The notes under the pieces were generated by a model. The model was not told the DNA's origin. It did not search any database and was given only the letters and a program-made list of their open reading frames with translations. From Bacteroidota bacterium (lineage in GTDB: Bacteria > Bacteroidota > Bacteroidia > Bacteroidales > JACABE01), in the NCBI GenBank assembly GCA_026391675.1, contig JAPLDQ010000009.1:4436-68435 (forward strand): 64,000 bases of DNA, read 5' to 3'. Position numbers and translations under genes: made by a program. The stretch's first letter is position 1; every line of letters starts with the position of its first letter. Shown here one piece after another: positions 57,036 through 64,000 of this stretch.

Positions 57036-60000
57036 TTATCTAGTTATCATTACTGTCACAATTTCATTGGAAAGCATTTTTATTTTGTCCAGTTTTTCAC
57101 CCTGTTCTTCAAAAGGACTGCTTCTATAGATATTTTTATAAAGTGGACTCAAATTAAGATTTACTTCTTCAGTCGTGTTTCCCGGATTGTATATGCGAAC
57201 AATTAAAGCATTATTATCTTTTGCAGGTTTTATTGAACTTACATAAACATTATTATTGCTGAGTGTGAATGGTGGCACGATTCTGGATTGTTCTGTCAAA
57301 GCTGTTTCCTGTAAAATAAGCGGTTGACTGCTTTCAATTCCGTGTTGAGTTGCACTAATTTGATTATAAGATAAATGTGGTATAATGGAATGAGTATAAC
57401 TGCTGATACCGGCCTGATCAGCTTTGTAATTGGTGTACCAGTAGTTATTCATAACATAGGTAAAAATCCTGGATGATGGGATTTGAGTCTTTTTCCAGCT
57501 GGCATTAGCCTGTACCGAGCCGGGATCAGGCAATTCGCTGTGCATTTCACCGATTTCCACCAAAGGTGTTTCGTTTAATGTCAATGTTACACCATAATCT
57601 TTATTTGAAACATCAACAAAGCGTTGCGCAGAATAATAATCTTTACAGGCACCTGCCAGCTGATTCTTTTCAGGACTGATTACTGCATAGCCTAAATCAA
57701 TTCTTACTTCAGGATCAGAAATAGTAAAAGGATAGGCAAAGTGAATGGCCTCGCCTTTACGAACCAATTTTTTATCGATGGTATTGATAATATCAATTTT
57801 ATTCATTCCTTTAACTAAGCGGATTTCCCGTTGAATTGAATTACATCCCGGAGCTTCGGATTTAATTAAAAATGAAGCTATCAAAGGACCGTTTTCTTTT
57901 ATACTTATTGTATTTTTTGTTGCTGTCTTTGCCTTTGATGCATCATAGCCTTCCACATATAAGTATTCATTAAGACCGTTACTGTTTTTATCAACCATTT
58001 CAGCAATATTCTTATATTGTAAATGCTTGATACAAGCTGAAAACGGATCAATTTCAAAACTTAGGCTGTCATCGGTTATTTTTATTTTTTCAATCCTTAA
58101 ATTGCTTTTAAAAGTTGATTTGCCAGCATAAATTGTAAAACTAACGCCTGATAATCCGGGAATATTTTCAGCTAAAAAAGCCAGGTCACCATTTGATAAA
58201 CGTTGTGAAGGAACAGCTTTTCCTTTTTCATTCTTTATCACATCTCCAATAGTGCTTTTTTCTTTTGGAATTATTACAATATCTGAGCGTTTCCATGAAT
58301 TGGTATTGATAACACTGAATATAAATTGATCTGATTTATGTTGCAGGATTTCATCTCTTATCTCTTTTGATTGGTTTACAGCATCTAAGGCATATGCCTG
58401 CTTAATATTCCATTGAGTCTTTGCAAATTCACAATCAGGATCTGAAGTACTGTTGTAGGCGCCCCAGGTATGTTCGTCCCATAATAATACATTCCGCCAT
58501 GGAACATAAAATTTAGCAGCATTGTATTTTTCAGGCGATATAATGGAATATAAAATTTCTGATTGTACCAGATTTTCAGATACATTCCTTATCAATCCGG
58601 TTTCATAGGCAGATGAAACAGCTCCGTCTTCCCAGTAAGGAGTCAAATCACCGGAATAGGAGGGAAGGTCCTTGCCGTATTTCTTTTCAAATGCTTCAAA
58701 AGCCTGTTCTGAAGTGGAAAGAATAATTTTTGGTGATTCGTATTTTTCATTCCATGATTTTACAAAATCAGATAATTCAGGATCGGTAGGTCCGTTATCC
58801 CCTTTAATGGTATAGCGCATTTGCAGCATATCGTAAGGAAATGCTTTCCTGTCGAGAAAAGAGAAATAATCAGTCAATGTTTTCTTAAAAAGCAATTCAT
58901 TTCTGGTGATAGAGCCCCTGTGAAAAGCAGAATATCCCAATCCAGCCATCCAGTAAAGCAATTTTTCCTTACCTGAAGGCGAAATCCAGTAAAATGGCTT
59001 ATCGCCCCATGCCACACTGGAGTATCCTACACGGTCACCACTTCCGATTGCATCTCCTCCTAAAGTCTTAAATCCGTTCATAAAATTCGGACCGCTTGAA
59101 AAGTACTTTATTCCCGATTGAGCCAGTGTTGGTATCGTATTCCAGGTCATTCCCGGTATATCTGAAATCATGGCTGAATTGATAGTAAGATTATATTTTT
59201 TGCTTAAAATTCTGGCATATTCCGTTAATTTATAAAATTCTTCAGGACGGCTTAAACCCGTAAGCGGATTGGTATACATGGCCTGCAGTCCCATGTAGCC
59301 ATTTTTAACAGCATCGATAAATTCCTTTTTCTTTTCTTCACTGGCTGTGGCAAGAAATGATTCAGTAGCCCAGAGAATTTCTACATTCCATTTATAGCGG
59401 GCTTCAGCAGGATAATCTTTTGTTTTCTTTATCAGATCCAAAGCATCGTTGATATTTTTAATCTGTTTATTCAGTACATCTGTTTGAATGTCAGAATAAC
59501 CAATGTCATTGTGGGAATGGGACATCAGATATATGCTGCGTTTTTTAACAGGTGTAACCATAATCTTCTGACTGGCAAGTTTCTCACCATCAACACTTAC
59601 ATCTATTCCAATTTCTTTTTCAGCTGTTACCGGATCAATACTGATCTCAAAATTATTTAATCCCAACACTAAATCGTAATTCAGTGTTTTACCTGCTATT
59701 TGAATTATTGCTTTCCCTTTTTCTTTTGGATAACTGATATCAGCTCTTACCAATTGCTGGGTTTTTCCGTTTATATTTGCAAGAAATGGCATGGCATAAG
59801 CATTGAAGGAATTGTTCATTGCATAAAGAAACGTCATGTACCAGTCGCGTGAATCGGCTTTTTCACCTACAACTTTTATCCTTATTCCTTCTCCCTTTTT
59901 AAATTTGGCGACAGGGACCTTTAAATACATAAATCCCGAAATATCATTTAATCCGTCTTCGCCTTTGTATTCAAAACTAAGTTCACAGCCATCTTCAGCT

Positions 60001-60386
60001 TTTTTTAACCATTGCTTGTCATTTTTATTAACATGGGTCTGAAAACTGAAATATTTTGAATTATTAATACTTATATCAAAATTTCTGTCACCTTTGCTGG
60101 TTCCGGATGAATAAGAGCATATCCAGTAAAAAGTGACAAATTTTTCTTTGGTTTTAACAGGAATGGCTTCGGTTTCCCATTCTATCTGCATTTCGCCGGA
60201 TGTGCAACGTGTTAAAATAGCTGAAGTTGCAGCTGAATTAAAGCAATGGTATTCTATGGGTTCTCCTGAAATTACTTTTACACATCCTTTCAATAAAGGG
60301 CTTGTGTTTTTTGCAGTTTGTGCATAGGAATTTCCAAAAATAATAACTGATAATACAATCAGGGAAGAAATAATGAATTTATACAT
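57036..60386 (-). CDS. Large secreted glycoside hydrolase family 38 (alpha-mannosidase)-like protein with a ~280-aa N-terminal extension
   Basis: Signal peptide. GH38 N-domain-like strings YLMSHSHNDIGYSD, NVEILWATESF, MISDIPGMTWNTIPTLAQSGIKYF. No T9SS CTD. Assignment is by motif only. Confidence 0.5.
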   Translation of the reverse strand: MYKFIISSLIVLSVIIFGNSYAQTAKNTSPLLKGCVKVISGEPIEYHCFNSAATSAILTRCTSGEMQIEWETEAIPVKTKEKFVTFYWICSYSSGTSKGDRNFDISINNSKYFSFQTHVNKNDKQWLKKAEDGCELSFEYKGEDGLNDISGFMYLKVPVAKFKKGEGIRIKVVGEKADSRDWYMTFLYAMNNSFNAYAMPFLANINGKTQQLVRADISYPKEKGKAIIQIAGKTLNYDLVLGLNNFEISIDPVTAEKEIGIDVSVDGEKLASQKIMVTPVKKRSIYLMSHSHNDIGYSDIQTDVLNKQIKNINDALDLIKKTKDYPAEARYKWNVEILWATESFLATASEEKKKEFIDAVKNGYMGLQAMYTNPLTGLSRPEEFYKLTEYARILSKKYNLTINSAMISDIPGMTWNTIPTLAQSGIKYFSSGPNFMNGFKTLGGDAIGSGDRVGYSSVAWGDKPFYWISPSGKEKLLYWMAGLGYSAFHRGSITRNELLFKKTLTDYFSFLDRKAFPYDMLQMRYTIKGDNGPTDPELSDFVKSWNEKYESPKIILSTSEQAFEAFEKKYGKDLPSYSGDLTPYWEDGAVSSAYETGLIRNVSENLVQSEILYSIISPEKYNAAKFYVPWRNVLLWDEHTWGAYNSTSDPDCEFAKTQWNIKQAYALDAVNQSKEIRDEILQHKSDQFIFSVINTNSWKRSDIVIIPKEKSTIGDVIKNEKGKAVPSQRLSNGDLAFLAENIPGLSGVSFTIYAGKSTFKSNLRIEKIKITDDSLSFEIDPFSACIKHLQYKNIAEMVDKNSNGLNEYLYVEGYDASKAKTATKNTISIKENGPLIASFLIKSEAPGCNSIQREIRLVKGMNKIDIINTIDKKLVRKGEAIHFAYPFTISDPEVRIDLGYAVISPEKNQLAGACKDYYSAQRFVDVSNKDYGVTLTLNETPLVEIGEMHSELPDPGSVQANASWKKTQIPSSRIFTYVMNNYWYTNYKADQAGISSYTHSIIPHLSYNQISATQHGIESSQPLILQETALTEQSRIVPPFTLSNNNVYVSSIKPAKDNNALIVRIYNPGNTTEEVNLNLSPLYKNIYRSSPFEEQGEKLDKIKMLSNEIVTVMITR

Positions 60387-60470
60387 AATCTTATATTTTT
60401 ATGATGTTTGTTGAATATTAATACAAAATGAATTGGGAATTTATTCCTGCTGTAAAATTATTAAATACTT

Positions 60471-61040
60471 TTATTTTTTTGCAATAATTAATCCAAAATG
60501 ATAAGGTGCTAAAATAAAAGGAGGTTTATGCAGGTCAAATTTTAAAAAGTCTATCCATCCTGAAATATTATCCGGTTTTGGCCGTGTACTTACTTCAGGT
60601 CCGCGGGGTGTAGTAATATCGCTTCGCCAGTGGATGATTCCGATTTTACCTTTGGGCTTTAAAATACGCAATGCTTCCTTGAAAAAGTCTTCAGGTTTAT
60701 CATGATGTAAAATATTGAATATCATGACATAGTCAATGGAATTATCTGCCAATCCTGTTGTTTTATCAAGAATATCCCGTTTTTCAGTTTGAACATTTGT
60801 AATCTTTTCGTCTGTAAGTTTTTGCAAAACCAATTGCAGCATATCATTTTCAATATCAAAAGCATATAATGTTCCATTTATCCTTTTTGCTGCGGGTATT
60901 GTAAATGTACCATAGCCAAAACCGATTTCAACCATATTGTTAATGCTGTTATTGATTTCCAATTCAGATAAAATCAAGTCAACATTAAAAAATGATGACC
61001 ATAATTCTTCTTCGGGCATGCCGCTGTCTCTTACTTTCAC
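60471..61040 (-). CDS. Class I SAM-dependent methyltransferase
   Basis: Motif I VEIGFGYGTFT, post-I FDIE, DYVMIFNILHH. The track start at 61040 is GTG; the alternative ATG at 61019 (MPEEELW) is equally plausible. Confidence 0.7.
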   Translation of the reverse strand: MKVRDSGMPEEELWSSFFNVDLILSELEINNSINNMVEIGFGYGTFTIPAAKRINGTLYAFDIENDMLQLVLQKLTDEKITNVQTEKRDILDKTTGLADNSIDYVMIFNILHHDKPEDFFKEALRILKPKGKIGIIHWRSDITTPRGPEVSTRPKPDNISGWIDFLKFDLHKPPFILAPYHFGLIIAKK

Positions 61041-61050
61041 CCGCTCTTAG

Positions 61051-61893
61051 TTATTCTTTAATCAATTTATGTGTATAAATGCCATCTTTAGTTTCGATGC
61101 GGAGAAAATATATTCCATTTTTCAAAAAACTAATATCAAACTCCGCATTATCTTTATACCGTTCCATTTTATTTATCAAAAGTCTGCCACTTAGATCACT
61201 TATTGTTAACTTATAATTTTGTTTAATAAAAATGTTTATTCTGGAATTAGCCGGATTTGGAAAGATTGAAATAATGTCTGAAGATTTATTAATATTTTCA
61301 ATACCTGTAAAATGTGGGTCTGGAGTACCACAATATTGATTTCCTTTTTTAAAATAGCTTAAATAATAAAGAATATCTGCATCAGCAGCATGTCTTCTGA
61401 AATATTTAAGTCTACCTAATCCTACACCATAAATTTCTTCATAGTAAATGCCTTCAAAACAACAAACTAAACATCGTGTGTTTTTATAAACAATATGATT
61501 ACAATAATTAGCTGCAGTAAAAACAGTATCATGATATGAATTACAGGAATCTACTTGAAAATGTGGAATATTTTTTGTAATTAATGAATCTAAATTTGAA
61601 ATAGAATAATTTACTGTGTCTGAATAAAAATTGAATACCGGATTTGGACCTGGTGTAATGGAATATTTATTTTCAATAGAAGTGTAATATACAGTATTAC
61701 TGTCAGTTGAGTAACTTTTGTTAAGAATAATAGATTGATACCCAATTGAGGGAGCATAAGCAGGAGTTATTTCTATCGTCTGAAACTCATCATTTACATC
61801 AAAATTATATATTTCACGGATAGTAGGTATATTCTGTGATTTTAAACCTGTAGTGAAAAGTAGAATTATTATTAGTTGTAATGCAGTTTTCAT
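61051..61893 (-). CDS. Hypothetical T9SS cargo protein (280 aa)
   Basis: Signal peptide. CTD IFPNPANSRINIFI...GIYFLRIETKDGIYTHKLIKE. Confidence 0.7.
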   Translation of the reverse strand: MKTALQLIIILLFTTGLKSQNIPTIREIYNFDVNDEFQTIEITPAYAPSIGYQSIILNKSYSTDSNTVYYTSIENKYSITPGPNPVFNFYSDTVNYSISNLDSLITKNIPHFQVDSCNSYHDTVFTAANYCNHIVYKNTRCLVCCFEGIYYEEIYGVGLGRLKYFRRHAADADILYYLSYFKKGNQYCGTPDPHFTGIENINKSSDIISIFPNPANSRINIFIKQNYKLTISDLSGRLLINKMERYKDNAEFDISFLKNGIYFLRIETKDGIYTHKLIKE

Positions 61894-61913
61894 AATACTG
61901 TGGTATTTAGCAA

Positions 61914-61921
61914 CAAATGTA
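61914..61921 (-). promoter_or_regulatory. -7 box TACATTTG
   Basis: Plus strand reads CAAATGTA, 21 nt upstream of ATG 61893. Confidence 0.4.
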
Positions 61922-62084
61922 ATAAATATAAATTCAATTTGTATTTATTTTTTTAATGAAATTAATTTAAAATATTAATTCCAGTACAACGTTATTATTA
62001 ACAACTTCATGTTAGCAAAAAGAAGATTTAGCAAATAGCTGCTACGATATTAACCTTTACCTTTATACTTTAAAATTAAAGAAA

Positions 62085-62813
62085 ATGACAGGATTTATTT
62101 TGCAAATTACACAAACCGCTGCAACCGTCGGAGATACTATGACTAAAGCGGTAAATCAGGTAGTTAATCAACCGGTAGTTCAACCAAAGGAAGAAGCGAT
62201 TTCAATTATGAATCTGGTGATAAAAGGAGGTTGGATTATGATTCCTATTCTTATTTTATCCTTGCTTACAGTCTTTGTTTTTATTGAAAGATACATTGCC
62301 ATCAAAAGAGCCTCCAGAGGCGAAAAAAACTTTATGGACAAAATCCGCGACTTTATTGTTAATGATCGTTTGGATTCAGCATTATCATTATGTAAATCAA
62401 CAATTAGTCCAATAGCGCGAATGACTGAAAAAGGATTATCACGTTTAGGCCGTCCATTAAATGAAATCGGAGAATCTATTGAAATTGTAGGTAAATTTGA
62501 AGTCTATAAACTCGAGAAAAACCTGGCGATTTTAGCTATCATTGCCGGTATTGCACCAATGTTTGGATTTATTGGAACAATAATCGGTGTTATAAAAATC
62601 TTTCATGATATTTCCATCGCCGGAGATGTAAGTATATCAAGTGTTTCATCAGGACTTTACACCAAAATGGTTTCCAGTGCTTCCGGTTTAATCGTTGGTA
62701 TTGTCGCATTTATCTGCTATCACTGGTTAAACATTATGATAGAAAAAATAGTACAGAAAATGGAATATAATGCGATGAATTTTATTGATTTCTTACAAGA
62801 ACCTACAAAATGA
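62085..62813 (+). CDS. exbB: MotA/TolQ/ExbB proton-channel family protein
   Basis: Three TM, GIAPMFGFIGTIIGVI, SSGLYTKMVSSASGLIVGI. Confidence 0.88.
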   Translation: MTGFILQITQTAATVGDTMTKAVNQVVNQPVVQPKEEAISIMNLVIKGGWIMIPILILSLLTVFVFIERYIAIKRASRGEKNFMDKIRDFIVNDRLDSALSLCKSTISPIARMTEKGLSRLGRPLNEIGESIEIVGKFEVYKLEKNLAILAIIAGIAPMFGFIGTIIGVIKIFHDISIAGDVSISSVSSGLYTKMVSSASGLIVGIVAFICYHWLNIMIEKIVQKMEYNAMNFIDFLQEPTK

Positions 62814-63220
62814 AACTTCGCAGGAAAAATAAAACAAGCATTGAGGTAGCTACATCGTCAATGAACGACATCATGTTCTTTTTGATGTTGTTTTTCCTGA
62901 TTATGTCAACCTTATTGAATCCTAATGTGATTAAGCTTTCATTGCCAAGCTCAAAACATCCGAGTGAACTGCGACAGAAAGAAGTCAGCTTATCTGTTAC
63001 CAAAGAAATGAATTATTTTATCAACAACAGACAGGTTCCTTTTAATCAGCTGGAACCTGAATTAATTGCTGAGCTGAGGGGAGTGGAAAATGCTACTGTT
63101 GTCCTGCGTTGCGATAATTCCTTAAGTGTTCAGAGTTTGGTAGATGTTTTGGAAATAGGTAATAAATTAAGAATAAAAATGATTTTGGCAACTAAAGCTT
63201 CCAATGGACCACAAAACTGA
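62810..63220 (+). CDS. exbD: ExbD/TolR biopolymer transport protein
   Basis: N-terminal ...SSMNDIMFFLMLFFLI TM, periplasmic domain V.L..D....V..LV.V.... ATGA overlap with exbB. Confidence 0.85.
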   Translation: MKLRRKNKTSIEVATSSMNDIMFFLMLFFLIMSTLLNPNVIKLSLPSSKHPSELRQKEVSLSVTKEMNYFINNRQVPFNQLEPELIAELRGVENATVVLRCDNSLSVQSLVDVLEIGNKLRIKMILATKASNGPQN

Positions 63221-64000
63221 AACATCGGATACTAAGCGCATGCTTGCAGGGGCTTTGGGAACAATATTATTTCATTTGTTGCTGATACTTTTGCTTTGGT
63301 TTGCAATGTTGCGTACACCCATTCCTCCTTTTCCAGATGCCGGAGGTGGTGGTGGCGGAGGCCTTGGTATTGAAGTAAACCTCGGCAATGCTGATAATGG
63401 TATGGGCGTAAACGAAGCTAATATTTCTTTTCCTGAATTTAAACAACCTGCCAAAGAAATAATAAATCCTGAACCAGTCGATTTAAAGGCAAAAACAGAT
63501 AATCAGGAAAATCTTATTACTGACGAAACTACCGATGAAAATGCTACTTCATTAAATACTTCAAAAGATAAAAAAGCAAATAAAACCACAAAACCGGAAG
63601 AACCTAAAATAAATCCTATGGCCTTATTTAAGAAGACCAACAGTGATGGTACTACGAACAAGGCTGGCAATCAGGGTAATCCCAACGGCAATCCAAACAG
63701 CAGTAATTATACCAAAGGCGGAGGTACGGGCACAGGTCAGGGCACAGGCAATGGTTCAGGAGTTGGACCAGGTTCAGGTTCAGGAACCGGCGGTGGAAGC
63801 GGAAGCGGCAATGGCACAGGTATAGGCTCAGGTAATGGTCCCGGGATTTCTTATGCTTTAAAAGGACGTAACTCAAAATCATTACCCAAACCCGATTATA
63901 GTTCAAGTGAACAAGGTACCGTTGTGGTTAAGATATGGGTAAATACAAATGGTGAAGTAACCCGTGTTGAAGCCGGACAAAGGGGTACAACCACTTCAGA
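63204..64000 (+). CDS. tonB: TonB-family energy transducer, 3' end beyond the window
   Basis: Own translation from ATG 63204: MDHKTETSDTKRMLAGALGTILFHLLLILLLWFAM... (TM anchor), a long Gly/Asn/Ser/Thr-rich linker, then PKPDYSSSEQGTVVVKIWVNTNGEVTRVEAG (start of the TonB C-terminal domain). No stop before 64000. Overlaps exbD by 17 nt. Confidence 0.8.
   Translation, partial: MDHKTETSDTKRMLAGALGTILFHLLLILLLWFAMLRTPIPPFPDAGGGGGGGLGIEVNLGNADNGMGVNEANISFPEFKQPAKEIINPEPVDLKAKTDNQENLITDETTDENATSLNTSKDKKANKTTKPEEPKINPMALFKKTNSDGTTNKAGNQGNPNGNPNSSNYTKGGGTGTGQGTGNGSGVGPGSGSGTGGGSGSGNGTGIGSGNGPGISYALKGRNSKSLPKPDYSSSEQGTVVVKIWVNTNGEVTRVEAGQRGTTTS

Noticed and set aside
1-64000. Search for CRISPR arrays, tRNA/rRNA genes, transposases, integrases, toxin-antitoxin pairs or known defence-system signatures
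   Set aside because: I saw no regularly spaced direct repeats with unique spacers. No intergenic region has cloverleaf potential or rRNA-like composition. No DDE, tyrosine or serine recombinase motifs, and no nuclease/ATPase defence-type ORFs, were recognised by inspection.

Overview
AT-rich chromosomal window from a Bacteroidota-type genome. Evidence for the phylum: nine proteins end in a Por_Secre_tail/T9SS C-terminal sorting domain, TAnnTTTG -7 promoter boxes precede most operons, leaders are mostly A-rich without a Shine-Dalgarno, and rplM-rpsI-rpsB-tsf and hpt-adk-obg synteny is present. I recognise about 51 protein-coding genes and no rRNA, tRNA, CRISPR array, transposase or integrase. 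Layout: (1) 1-10538, one minus-strand string of genes headed by an ECF sigma factor, a small membrane protein and a Spy/CpxP-like protein, followed by five signal-peptide plus T9SS-CTD enzymes (two purple-acid-phosphatase-like metallophosphoesterases, two arylsulfotransferase-like beta-propellers, one DUF1566x2-FGE/SUMF1-like fusion). This is my best candidate for an undescribed system. (2) UvrD/PcrA helicase; kup with an overlapping 101-aa ORF next to a sensor-domain-less KdpD-type kinase and KdpE. (3) A lipoprotein plus beta-barrel-TSP3-OmpA outer-membrane pair. (4) obg, then three adenylate-kinase domains in a row (one monodomain gene plus a two-domain fusion whose second domain has GFPR changed to GYPS), hpt, purE, tsf, rpsB, rpsI, rplM. 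(5) Three T9SS cargo genes with near-identical promoter/signal-peptide and CTD/terminator ends but divergent cores. (6) A porin, membrane proteins, ADP-forming acyl-CoA synthetase and BASS transporter cluster, with a divergent aminotransferase. (7) WG-repeat protein, gcvT, and an orphan secreted protein bracketed by a duplicated 21-nt promoter module. (8) An RND efflux operon interrupted by a four-helix-bundle (23S-IVS-protein family) ORF flanked by GGAATTAGGAA inverted repeats, convergent with a MarR-HlyD-MFS-TolC operon that has a CTCTGTG repeat array upstream. (9) A GH38-like hydrolase, a methyltransferase, a T9SS cargo protein and exbB-exbD-tonB (tonB runs off the window). Family and accession names are from memory and motif inspection; no database search was run.
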